A stretch of DNA of 64,000 nt from Azolla caroliniana (Eukaryota; Plantae; Polypodiophyta). Under the pieces are notes generated by a model. That model did no database searches, had not been told where the DNA came from, and saw only the letters and a list, made by a program, of their open reading frames with translations. Position numbers and translations under genes: made by a program. The DNA lies in NCBI GenBank assembly GCA_043228905.1, contig JBHGNT010000003.1, positions 23,684,001 through 23,748,000 on the forward strand. Reading direction: 5' to 3'. Below, in pieces: positions 39,474 to 52,308 of this stretch (positions are counted from its first letter, which is position 1; each line of letters begins with the position of its first letter).

Positions 39474-41891
39474 TGCTTCAACCCCTCTACTCCAAATGTT
39501 CGGGTAAGTCGGGACGTAGTATTTGACGAATCAGCCTCAATGTACGAACCATTTACGAATGACCATGACAACACATAAGAGAATGATTAGCTAAGGCCGA
39601 TACTTGAAGAAAGTCCAATCACAACCAGGTTGAGCAATCAAAGCAAGTCATGGCCAAGTCCATTATTAGACAAAGGCAGGGCCAAAATGCCAAGATATGA
39701 AGATCAATCTCACAACAACGAATCAACTCACTCACTCGACAATGAGTGTGGTGGCTTTGAAATGTCGTCAGTCGGTTCGGCAACAATGACTACATGGCAT
39801 ACTATTATGGCTTTATGATGAAGGTAGGCATAATTCGAGAACCGGAAAGTTTTTCCAAAGCAACCAAGGACTCATAATGGGTCAAAGCGATTAACAAGGA
39901 GATGTAAGCACTCTCTAAGAACGAGACATGGGATCGGGTCCCCTCTTCACCGTACCAAAAGGCAATTGGTTGTTAGTGGATATACAAGGTGAAGCACAGC
40001 TCTGATGCCACCGTCAATCAGTATTAGGCCTAGCTAGTCACGAAAGGATACGCAAAGACACATGGGGTTTATTATGAAGACACCTATTCCCCGATGGCAA
40101 AGATGACGACCATTTGGACCGTCATTGTGCTTGCAGCAGCCAAAGGGTGGCACCTCTATCAAATGGACGTACAGAATGCTTTTCTTCAAGGCAAATTAGA
40201 TGAGGTGTACATGTTACAACCTCCCGGGTTCAAATAGAGTACACACCTGCACACATTCTGTCAACTCAAAAAGCCTCTCTACCGCCTGAAGCAGGCACCT
40301 AGAGCATGGCTTTTGAAGATAACTCAATATCTTCATCAAATCGGCTTCAGAATGTCCAAGTCTAACAACTCCTTGTTCATCCGGAGCGACTCCATAGAAC
40401 AACTATTCATCATTATATACGTCGATGACTTGGTAATGGGAGGAGAACACCTCGCCGATATCAATCATATCATGAAGCTTCTCTCTTGTCGATTCGAAAT
40501 GATAGATATGAAGGAGCTCCATTACTTTCTAGGTATAGAAATAATTTGAACCTCATGCCAACATTATGATCTCCCTATGGGACTACATCGTCAACTTGTT
40601 ATACAAGTTCGTGAGTGCAAATCTATGGCAATTCCTCTCGATCAAAACCCGAAGCTAGAGACTGACTTTAGCACAGAAGAGTGTGAGCCAACTCACTATC
40701 GTGAACTAGTCGAAAGCATGATCTACCTCACCATTACTCGACCCAACCTCAGTTATCCAATCGGCCTCCTTAGTCATTTCATGCAAACACCTCACGACAT
40801 TCATCATTTGGACTGTGTTAAGTGAGTTCTAAGGTATGCAAGTGGGATGATATATTACGACATCCTCTACAAATCGGCCAGACAATTCGACTCAAAGGAT
40901 ACACAAATGCTGATTGTGCGGCTACAAGGTCGACAAACAATCAACTTCTAGATTCGTCTTCGCCGTCCGCAGCGGAGCCATATCATGGAGCAACAAAAAC
41001 AACCGACAATCGCACTATTGAGCAAAGAAGCTTAATACAGGGGCACGATCGTGGTCACATGTGAAGCCGTATGGTTCAAGAGGATTCTCAAGAATCTGGA
41101 CATCTCCATCAAAGATCCAGTCATCCTATACTACGATAACATAAGCAATAGTCACCTCGCTCGCAACCCGATTTTTCATGCTCGGGCTAAGCACTTAAAG
41201 TGCATTATCAGTTCATCCAAGAACATATCCTGGCTGGAGATGTCGACCTGGAACACATCAGCACGAAGCTAGGGAAGGCTGACATCTTCAAGAAGGTCTT
41301 AGGAGCCAACAAGCTCCATCAGTTCATGACAAACCTAGGACTCTCAACCACCGACTAGTCGAGCTTGAGGAGGAGTAAGGAGCCGTCGTCGCCTGATATG
41401 GAGTCAAATGGAGCAGAATGAACACAGAAAACGGAGTGAGATGGCCATCCATAACCGAAGTCGAAGCCGACTACTGGAGCCGACCCAGATACCAATCACC
41501 AAACCAACTCTCTAGCGATCGGAAGTTGTGTTTGAAGGAGCATGTTGAGAATGAAAGTCAACTTCCCCAATGTCGAGACACCCTAGGAATAGCCAAGTGT
41601 GTGAACATCCCACCACTTTGTATCATAACTAATGTGTCATAGAAGTTAAGTCCTATGACACATAGTTAGTAGGTAGTTAAGTCTCCACATCTTTCCCAAG
41701 AGGTGGTTGTAGTAAGAGAATATAGAGAGAATGTGACTACATAAGTACCTTTCTTCTTTGTAATTGTTGGTTCTTTTTTATACTTGTTAAGATAGTTTTC
41801 TGTTTACATACAGTGCTCTCTCTCTCTCTCTCTCTCGTGGTAAAAGCACACAATTATATTAATTGTATGTAAATTCCACTTAGTTACAACA
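39474..41891 (+). mobile_element. Ty1/copia retrotransposon 3' fragment (integrase end, RT, RNase H, 3' LTR), degenerate
   Basis: Motifs VSRDVVFDE, WIYKVK, YEDTYSP, QMDVQNAFLQG, LYRLKQAPRAW, IYVDDL, TRPNLSY, CEAVW and NPIFHARAKH in copia order. Confidence 0.92.
41543..41891 (+). repeat. 3' LTR of the copia element (349 bp)
   Basis: TGTTG...CAACA termini preceded by purine-rich TTTGAAGGAGCA. Confidence 0.75.
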
Positions 41892-43007
41892 TTTCTTAGT
41901 GTCCTCTACCTATCATATGCCTATGTAGGGAGAGGGACGTCCTAAATATGCAAATTTTGAGGAAACCATCCCTGCATGCTCTAACATGAAAAAATTCCAT
42001 ATGAGAATACCTTTCAGCTTCTTTATATCGGTCTTCACCCCTTGTTGATTATCAAACATGAAAGCATTATACATATTCCAATTGTGTTGTAGTCCCTAAT
42101 GACGTAAAAATTGGAACAATATCTCCATCTCATAATTTGAACCATTTGAACATATTGAGAAAAATTCCATTATTGAGGTCTCAAACAACGGGTTAAAACT
42201 TGCCAAATGTCTGATAAGTGCTTCCAATGGTACACGCTACAGGACATTTAATGAACGTATGTGTATTATCCTCCAATGGAACGATGCAAAAGAAACAAGT
42301 GCCATATGAATACCTTTGCACGAAATGGTAGATGGGAATGCCAACCACGTTGTAATATTTTCCACCAACTTGCATCTGACTTACATACATTCCACAACTT
42401 CTCTACTTTAGGTAATAGCCAAGATAATGATATCATTGCATGATGATACAATATATTTGTAGTGACCTATAACAAGCGTGTATCATCTTGTAACCACCAA
42501 TCCACCCAAGGTGCAACATTTGTTTTCAATGGCAAAGATCCTTGCAACAATGGTATATCTTGTAATTTCTCCCAAATAAATCCATATTTTGGGGGAATAC
42601 ATAACCACCGCTTGGCATCTTCAAATTCCGACAACCTTTGAGAGTCATTATCAACCACATCTTCCAAATGTACAATCCCCAGTCAAAATAAACGATTCAA
42701 TTGAGATCGCTTCGCATCTTCAAATTCCGACAACCTTTGAGAGTCATTATCAACCACATCTTCCAAATGTACAATCCCCAGTCAAAATAAACGATTCAAT
42801 TGAGATCGCTTCGCATCTTCAAATTCCGACAACCTTTGAGAGTCATTATCAACCACATCTTCCAAATGTACAATCCCCAGTCAAAATAAACGATTCAATT
42901 GAGATCGCTTCGCATCTTCAAATTCCGACAACCTTTGAGAGTCATTATCAACCACATCTTCCAAATGTACAATCCCCAGTCGAAATAAACAATTCAATTG
43001 AGATCGC

Positions 43008-43014
<7 letters not shown>
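41892..43014 (-). mobile_element. L1 LINE 3' fragment (zf-RVT region)
   Basis: Minus-strand W..LPFRAKVFIW and CFFC..EDNTHTFIKC motifs. Confidence 0.7.

Positions 43015-43016
<2 letters not shown>
42609..43016. repeat. 99-bp tandem repeat, four near-identical copies plus a partial copy
   Basis: The unit CGCTTcGCATCTTCAAATTCCGACAACC... starts at 42609, 42708, 42807, 42906 and 43005, then runs into (CT)n/(CTAT)n. Confidence 0.95.
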
Positions 43017-43088
<72 letters not shown>

Positions 43089-43139
43089 CTCTCTATCTAT
43101 CTATCTCTCTCTCTATCTCTCTCTGTGTGGCTTTCATTA

Positions 43140-46100
43140 AGAAAGGAAAAACACCACCATGACTAACTTACCACAAAGTATAGAACCCTTCTATCTAGGG
43201 ATCTAAAGACTACTACGACTCCAAACTCAATGTCACCCTACACACCAATTCAAATGGTGAATATGATGATATGTTACCCTGCAAAGTTCTCTCTCTTCAT
43301 GCTTGAGATTTCATGACTTCTCTAACACTGTAAATTGCCACAAAAGAAGTCCTTTTAACTTTAGAACATATTTTCTCCCCCCAACTTGCGAATCAAAAGT
43401 GAAGGCATTCCATATATTCCAATTGAACCATAGTCCCCAATCCCTCAAGAACGCAAAAATAATTTGGAAATGAGGCATCGGTTCATTGTTCTCCATATGT
43501 GCAAAAACCCAACTGAAGGAAGATATGTTTACTCCTGTTAGAGACATCCACACTAAACTGATACACCTCCAATTGCCATCGGGCATGAAATAAATCGATG
43601 CCTACTATGTACCAATTCCACCGAACAAAAGAAACACAATCCTTTCGTAATGTTTCTTTTTTTTTATGCATCCCCTAATGGTAAAGCTCCAACCATAACT
43701 CTCCAAATAAATACCTTGGCTCGTAGCATCAATCGAGAACACCAACTTGCCTTGATCACAATTTCTTGAGGATCAAAACACATGATACCATTTTCCTCTA
43801 ACCTTACCACATTATGTCATGCATGTGATTCATGAAGGTCATGAAAAAACTTATGTGAGTGACAATTAGCATCCTCCACTTCTTGTAGTACACGATGTAA
43901 TCTAGCATGTTGATAATTTTTCATCGTAAGATCATGCATTGCCGAAATTAATACCTTTGATATCCCATCAACTCTACATTTGTTGGCCAATAAGTGAACA
44001 ATGAATTGCATTATCAAGTAAATTAACGAGGAGACTTAATTTCTTTCTCCTTCCTAAGGCATGGTGAATTCCATAATACCTAATTAACCTCTAAACATCT
44101 CCAACAAATACTTTCCACATTTCATACCCATCAAATTGAACACGATAAGCAAATGCATCAATCAATTGACACATATAGGCATGCAAGACCTCATGATCCA
44201 AAAATGAGAAATTGAAAATCAACTGTGGTTTTCCTAAAAACTCGTGAAAAATTCTAATCGAGTGGTGAATGAATTCAAAAATTAATGGGAAATGATCTTA
44301 TATAATTGACCCATAAGACACTTAAATATCCAAAATCTCTAGTAAAAACCCTTCGGCAGCATTACATACATTTGATCTAACCTACTCCAAGTATCCTTAT
44401 ATTGAGCCGATTCAAAGGTATAACCAGGTAAATCTCTCTTGATCCATTTCCATACATCCCTTAACATGACTTCAATCTCAAAATCTCCCTATTCTTGAGC
44501 CTCTAGTCCATTCGTAATAGAGCGGATAGATGTTGATTGATTCGTCTCACAACAAACATTAAAATCTCCTATCTATAAACCCAGTCTACCATTATCAAGC
44601 ATCGAGTTTATAGATATCTCAACCACGATAAATCTTCCAAATTCATTTGAAACAATTACTTTTGGATGAAATTTATCTGTTATAAGCATGACAATCCCAA
44701 AATAATCCCCATGAACAATGCAAGCATAACATAGTGTATAACCCTTATAATAACTAATTAATCCAGCATTACAATAATCTTTATGCTCTACTGCACATAA
44801 AACATCCCATTGCTCACTTAACACAATCGTCCAAACCTCACACATTCTAAATCTAGAACACAATCCCCTCAGATTCCATGTGGTTATCATCATACTTTAT
44901 TTTTTCCTTTAATTTGAGAAATCTCCTTCTCCTTCACTACTAATGTTTCTGCCATATTTTGAATTAAATCCCCTAAGATTGCATACAAACTACTATGGGA
45001 GTGCAAAACTCCAGACCCCGATGGCACCTCCTGTGAACAAGGCACTGTTTTCCGCTTACTCCAAGGAACATACAAATTACCTTTATTATCAAAAGACAAT
45101 TTCTCTGGATAGTCCTCCTGGCAACCCCATGGTCTATTCCGCATAGAATTTGTTCAAGTTGAATTAGTGTTACCTTCTCCATAGATACATTATGCCCAAC
45201 ATTCTTATTAAACTTCTTCATCTTTCCAAAAACTATAAATCATTGCCCTTTATCCTCTATAGTCTTTCCATCCTTATCATTCACAATCTGTGGTTCCTTT
45301 ATTTGCTCTGAAATTATCAAAGTTTGAATCATATCATGATTTTTAGGCTCCTCATGTACCACTTCCACTACATTATTTCTTTTTTGAGGACACTCAACCA
45401 TAAAATGCCCTAACACACCACAATGAAAACATTGTTTTGCAAATGTACCCCATTTAAGCCGAAAATACATAGGAGGCATACAAGAGCATGCAATTTGTAA
45501 ACTACTTGGCCTATTTACGGCAGTATCCCAAAGAAAACACATCCGATATCGATTTTGAGCATTAGCACTAGGAGGCACCAATATCTTTCCCAACTTTTCC
45601 ATTGTTGGCCCTAATATTGGCCAGACCACTAAATATGTGCACTCTACCTCAACATATACAGGACACTCTTGCTTCAATATATCTTAATATTCCACTAGTG
45701 GCCTCCACGAAACAATATGAACCAAACTTCTCTCATAAAACATTGGCAATTTATTGAGTAATTTCTCTTTATACTCTTGTGATACCAAAACAACTTCATA
45801 AAACCCACGAGGACCAGCATAAACCATCTTGAACACAATCAGCTTGTAAAATCCCACGTAACCATTGTTTGACCCTCCAAAGGAAAGGGATCTTCCCCGT
45901 GAAAAACAATATGACCCCTTTATCAAAACAATTAGCAAATGAGCCAAAAAACTCCTTATTGTCTATTTCTACCTTAGTCACTTCATCGTCAACAAACTCC
46001 TCAATAACTTTTACATTCTCCGTTATACAATCTTCCATTAATATATTTGTCATGCATCTTAAATTTTCCCAATGAGTATCATCCTTCCCAATATCATCTT

Positions 46101-46500
46101 GTTGCATTGCATCAATATAAGACATATCATTAAGATTATCTCCAATACATCGTTGTCTTTTACCATCCCCTCTTGAACTCGATACGAACTCAACCACGCA
46201 TGCATCCTTTGACGAATTTGGAGACTCATCGATATTCATGAAACCACTACCATCCATATGGCAAAAAATATGAGAGAGCTCACTTACAAGAAATTTTGTT
46301 AGAGAGGGAAACAAAGCAAGAGACCATAATATGTATACAACCGAATGACAATTTTGCTAATAACGTTCTATAGAAACTACTCTTTAGAAAGCTCTCTATT
46401 CAAGCTTTGAAACGAGCCAAAGATACTAAGGAAACAGACATCGGAGCAGAAAGATACATAAAAAACCGTGTTTGTCCTTCTCCAACATTTTCTCTTTTTT
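43140..46500 (-). mobile_element. L1-clade LINE, degenerate, RT domain deleted; related to the 5927-9350 element
   Basis: ORF1 remnants 46314-44890 (GVILFFTGK, YAGPRGFY, CFHCGVLGHFMVEC). ORF2 start MMITTWNLRGL at 44893 overlaps the ORF1 stop. Endonuclease remnants are followed directly by zf-RVT (RAKVFIW, CFFC..H..C) at ~43550-43750. Confidence 0.85.
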
Positions 46501-46578
46501 ATTGATTGTAATTAGCTTACCATAGTTGTAAGTCATTTTCACTACTACCTTACTATATATATATATCTCTTATTTCAC

Positions 46579-46952
46579 TAGATGCCACTATGGAATGTGG
46601 GGGTTGAACCCATGACCACTTGGTCTCCATTGGGCAACCATACCAATTGAGCTACATCCATTTAGGCCTTTCTCATATATACACACACACACACACACAT
46701 TCCTAGATGCCACTATGGAATGTCGGGGTTGAACCCATGACCACTTTGTCTCCATTGGGCAACCATACCAATTGAGCCACATCCATTTAGGCCTCTCTCT
46801 GATGTCTCTCTCTCAGACACACACACACACTTTCCTAATTGCCACTATGGAATGTGGGGGTTGAACCCATGACCACTTGGTCTCCATTGTGCAACCATAC
46901 CAATTGAGCCACATCCATTTAGGCCTCTCTCTTATGTCTCTCTCTCATACAC

Positions 46953-46984
<32 letters not shown>

Positions 46985-47104
46985 TTTCCTAATTGCCACT
47001 ATGGAATGTCGGGGTTGAACCCATGACCACTTGGTCTCCATTGTGCAACCATACCAATTGAGCCACATCCATTTAGGCCTCTCTCTGATGTCTCTCTCAT
47101 ACAC

Positions 47105-47146
<42 letters not shown>

Positions 47147-47257
47147 TCCTAGATGCCACTATGGTATGTCGGGGTTGAACCCATTACCACTTTGTCTCCA
47201 TTGGGCAACCATACCAATTGAGCCACATCCATTTAGGCCTCTCTCTGATGTCTCTCT

Positions 47258-47298
<41 letters not shown>

Positions 47299-47409
47299 TC
47301 CTAGATGCCACTATGGTATGTCGGGGTTGAACCCATTACCACTTTGTCTCCATTGGGCAACCATACCAATTGAGCCACATCCATTTAGGCCTCTCTCTGA
47401 TGTCTCTCT

Positions 47410-47446
<37 letters not shown>

Positions 47447-47535
47447 TCCTAGATGCCACTATGGTATGTCGGGGTTGAACCCATTACCACTTTGTCTCCA
47501 TTGGGCAACCATACCAATTGAGCTACATCCAATTG

Positions 47536-47537
<2 letters not shown>
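46579..47537 (-). repeat. Tandem array of seven tRNA-derived (SINE-head-like) units separated by variable (CA)n/(CT)n
   Basis: Units start at ~46579, 46704, 46836, 46990, 47150, 47302 and 47450. The minus-strand core is ATGGATG-TAGCTCAATTGGTA...GGTC-ATGGG-TTCAACC-CCCAC-ATTCCAT (72 nt, 46590-46661) with A-box and B-box motifs. Confidence 0.85.
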
Positions 47538-47559
<22 letters not shown>

Positions 47560-47572
<13 letters not shown>

Positions 47573-47734
47573 CACACACACACATACACACACTTTCCGC
47601 TACACATAATTACACACACACACACACACATACTCTTTCTACTCCACAGAATCACACTCGATTCTTTACAGAAGTCATGGGCGAGGGATATGAGGATGAT
47701 ATTTACGATAGGAAAGGCTTCGTGGAGAGGGGCA
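47560..47734 (+). other. Inferred first (5'-UTR) exon of NKAP carrying a uORF start
   Basis: CA/CT-rich leader, ATG at 47677 and GT donor at 47735. With the hAT removed, the intron to the AG at 52796-52797 is 143 bp. Confidence 0.5.
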
Positions 47735-47768
<34 letters not shown>

Positions 47769-49717
47769 CTATATGCCCCTCTCCATCAATAAACAATATA
47801 TGTATATTTATTTTATTTATTTATTTATATCGTGTTTTTTGCCTTCCATGTATGTATGGTTAGCAATGGGCACGGTTTCGGCTCAAACCGAACCGAACCG
47901 TTAAACCGTGGCTTAACGGTTTATCGGTTCAAAATTAAATAATGAGTTTGGTTTGGTTTAAAGAATGAAAGTTCGGTTTGGTTTCGGTTCGGTTTGGTTT
48001 AACATTTATCGGTTTATCGGTTTATCGGTTTATCGGTTTTATCGGTTTAACGGTTTCTATTAATTTGGTTCGGTTTATAGGTTTATAGGTTCTTACCCTA
48101 GCCCTAAATTTTCAATTTTATAAATTATACCCTTCCTAAATTTTCTATTTTATAAATTATACCCTTCTTATTTTTACTATGGACCTAATACTAGTTAGTA
48201 GTAGTAAGTACATACTACATACTACAAACTATAGGGTATGATACAGACAGTCTACAGACACAACTATCGAACAGACACACTGTGTATCTACTGTTAACTA
48301 CAGACAGACACAATTATCGAACAGAAACACAGGCGGCATTGTGCAGGCTGAGGCGGCAACCACCAATCACCACTTCATTGCTCTTCAGACTCCAAACTCT
48401 CCATAACACAGGTATGAATCATGATCCATAACACAGGCTGAGACACTCCAAACTTTTTTTATAGATGTGTGGTTTGCATATATGAGAATATGGGTATGTG
48501 AGTTAACGTGTGTGCATACATGTGAGAGAAGAGAGATTTGTATGTAAGCAAATATGAGATCAATACGAGTATGTGAGTTTATGCTCGATTGAATAATCAG
48601 TAATATATGTATATGTATGTGTTTGTGAGCGAGTATCTTGAACTGGTATAATGTTTAAATCTATACTGGACTCCTGCAACTATGTTCTCTTTCGAATACT
48701 TGTTGCTTATCTCGAATAGCTTCAACTATGTTCTCTTTCGATATTTCTGTGATCTGTTTTGACATGATCTTAATGTACACCAATGCTCGTTAGATTTTCA
48801 TTGAAAGGAATAATATTTCTTGGAGTTCTCAGTCCACGCTATCTGACTGAAGGAGTATCAATTGTATATGCTGAAATTAGAACACCTGCAAATACACCTG
48901 CAAGAACATAACTAACTTAGAAAGACTGTATCATTATATTATAAAGTACTGAAAGTCTTCACCATTCATATCAAACATTGATGTTCATTGCTCATTTTCT
49001 GAGCCATTAAGATTGCATGTTTATTGTTTATTTTCTGGGTGGAGTAAACATAGATGATCATTATTTATCTTCAGAGTAGAGTAAATATGGTTATCCACTG
49101 TTTATCTGGTTATTGATGTTAACATAAATGCACATTCTATATTTTGTGAGTAGAAAAACATGGATATCGAGTATTTATGTGGTGAATGGAGCATTTTAAA
49201 CATGGACGTCCATTGTTTATTTTGTGAGCAGAGTAAACAATAACATCTATTATTTACCTTATGAGCATTGGGGGCATGAGTGTCAGTTGTTTATCCTGTC
49301 AGAAAATATGGATGTCCATGGATTATCCTGTTAATGAGAGTAAACATGGGTATCCATTGTTTATTTAATGATTGGAGTAAAGTAAACATGGATGTCCAAT
49401 TTATCTGGTGATTAAGGTAAACATGGGTGCGCGGTCATGGGTTAACTTGACAACTTGGATTTGCATCGTTTATCTTGTGAGTAGAGTAAACGGTGGTGTC
49501 CATTGTTTATCTGGTTAGTGAAGTTAACACGAATGTTTTATTGAGTGATTAGAGTAATGGGCATGTCTATCTTTCTATGTTTGCCATTGGACATAATGGT
49601 CGTTTTACTGTTCTTAGCTAACTTAGCAAACTTTCTACTTCATTTATTTTTCTCATTATAATGTACATATTTGAAATGTGCTAATTGAGTTAATTGAATT
49701 TTATAGGACACCATAAA

Positions 49718-51930
49718 ATGGAATCATCATCTCAAACTGATGCTGCAATGAACTCATCTTCATTTGATGTTAGTCGTGGGTCAACAAGTAGCTCAAGAAA
49801 AAGGCTACGCACATCATGGACAGATGCTCACATCATATTTTATATGGATAATGGCACACCTCGACGACGATGCCATCATTGCCATGTTTGTTGGTCTTCT
49901 ACAACATCCACAGGCACTATAGCCAAACATTTAGCAGAAAAGCATCGTTTATCAAGCGACCCAGACCAAAATTCAGGTATATCACATCACATTCAATCTT
50001 CAATTGAGTCAGCTAGAGTATCTCATGTTTTAGAGAAGAAAATTGATGCTGCCATCGTGAAGTATATTGTGAAGGGAACATTGCCCCATGCACATGTGGA
50101 ATCACCTGAATTTAAGGAATTCATGCAACAAATTGTACCTGGATATCAAGTAAAGTCAAGACGTACAATTAAGCGTTCTATCCTAGAAATGTATGTGGTG
50201 TTGCGTCGTCAGGTGATAGATTTGCTATCAAAATGCCAATCAAGATTTTCCATAACATTTGATGGTTGGTCAAATAGTAGTTTGAAGGGCTTCTACTCAG
50301 TGACACTTCATTGGGTATGTCATGAGACAGCAAGGTCAAGGTCAATGTTATTGGATTTTGTGCATGTATTTCCAGGTGTTGGATCAGGGAAGCGTTGTGC
50401 ACATGCCCTTTTTGCTCGACTTCGATCCTTTGATATTTCTAGTCGACTCTTAGCTACAATTTTTGATGGAGCGAGTGATGCACAAGTAGCTGCAAAAGAG
50501 TTGAGCATGTTGTTACAAGATGAGCATGGTAAGGAAATTTTGGCTCCATCACATATGTTAAGATGTATGGTTCACACTTTTCAGTTGGGTATCAAGGCAG
50601 CATTAGAGGTTATCTCACCCTCAACAGAAAAGTTGAGAACAGTGCTCCATACTATTAGATCTAGCAAGGTTCGAAGGGAAGTGTTTAGGAAGTATGCTAG
50701 GATGGTTGAGCATCATGAAAGGGAACCCCCAAGGCTCGATGTTGTTACAAGATGGAATTCTACCTTGGAAATGTTTAGGCAATCTATCAAAGATAAAGAT
50801 GTATTGAACTTTACAATTTCAGATTTAACAATATCAAGTGATTTCAATGGTAATGTCTTGACCAGAGAAGATTGGAGTCACATACATGCCATGGCGGAAT
50901 GGCTAGATACACCGGCCGAGGTTTCTACTTTTTTGGGAGGCTCAAAATATCCTACATTATCACTAGCATCGCTAGCATATAATTGTTTACTAAATCATTG
51001 CAATCAATTTTTAGATTCTTCGCTTCCAGGATCATCTAGATTTACACAAGAGGTGCTTCAAAGAGCATCTGAGAACTGCTTGCAATATTTAATTAAGTAT
51101 CAAGAATCGTTAAAGTCTATTCCATCTCGCATAGCAATGTTTCTTGATCCCAGGTAATGCTTACCTTTATATCGTACAATTATCATCATGATTTCTGATT
51201 TTTTATTTGAGTTTAAAACCGTTTTATTTGTTTGATAGATTGCCTCTTCCAAATAATCATACAGAAAGAGAGTTAGATATTAAGTTGGTTGAAAGCATGA
51301 TTGAGTCCCACTATCACTCGTTCTCGAGTGATGTTGAACCACGTTCGGCTTCAACCACAATACATGAAAATGATAAGAACTCTAAAATTTGGACGTTAAT
51401 GGGTGTAAATAATAAAAGTCTTATTTCCGATTCACAGTCAGAAATTCAGCACTTTATGAGACTTCCTTCGGCTAGCACGGATAAGGATCCTTTACAATGG
51501 TGGAATGAAAATAAATCGGCAATGCCTTCACTATATAGGATGGCATGTGATTACCTCAGTATACCAGCATCATCAGTACCTGCTGAAGAGGCTAATTCGG
51601 CAGCAAAAATGACCTTTGATAATAGGATAAAACTACATTCATGCACTTTCAAAGCTGAAATGTGCGTTCGATCATGGATGAATGTTTTAAAAGAATGTAA
51701 TGTTCAAATGTTAGATAATTTTCACATCAGTTATGCGGAACTAACAATGAATTTGGATGATCTTGTTGCTGAAGACGAGGTAATAGATTACATATCGCAT
51801 GATAGTCAAAGGAAGATTAAGGTATGCATACTTGTTACTTGGTTGTTTTTTGTTTGAGTCTTTACTTAAAGTTTTATTAATAATTACTTACTTGTTTTTA
51901 TGTATTTTATATGTACAGGAATCGTGTTGA
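49718..51930 (+). CDS. hAT transposase (BED zinc finger, DDE core, dimerisation domain), 676 aa, three coding exons
   Basis: Exons 49718-51153, 51239-51821 and 51919-51930 with GT-AG introns that keep frame (FLDPR|LPLP). Motifs CHHC..HLAEKH, TFDGWS, IFDGASD, CMVH, DVVTRWNST, DPLQWW and LSIPASSVPAE. No internal stop. A non-coding upstream donor is likely at 48412 with acceptor at 49706. Confidence 0.92.
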
Positions 51931-52191
51931 TTTTTGACATGTTAACGACAATAGTGGTTGCAATTGGAGATCTTCAAAGTCATTGTAATTTTTATTACAT
52001 GTTGTTTACTATTTTGTTTTTAGTCGATTCTTTAAATTTGTTATTATGAATTACTTAATTCTTTTGTATATTTTATGCTTTCAGAAATCCCTTATTCAAA
52101 TATTGGAAACAAAAAGCTGGATTAAGTCCTATGGTCCATGGATTTGGAAAATTGGAACTCTATTATATGGATTGTTGTTCTTAATTGGAAA

Positions 52192-52308
52192 ATTGGAACT
52201 CTACTGAATGGAAATTTGGAACTCTATTGTATGGAATTTCGGAACTCTATTGTATGGAATTTTGGAACTCTATTGTATGGAATTTTGGAACTCTATTGTA
52301 TGGATTTT
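52192..52308. repeat. 23-bp minisatellite (~5 copies) inside the hAT 3' region
   Basis: Repeated TTGGAACTCTATTGTATGGAATT. Confidence 0.85.

Noticed and set aside
42589-43140. 183-aa repeat-protein ORF
   Set aside because: It is the antisense reading of a 99-bp tandem repeat of L1 sequence plus a microsatellite.
46579-47537. CRISPR array or cluster of functional tRNA genes
   Set aside because: Spacers are simple (CA)n runs rather than unique sequences, there are no cas genes and the context is eukaryotic. D and anticodon stems do not pair, so these are not functional tRNAs.
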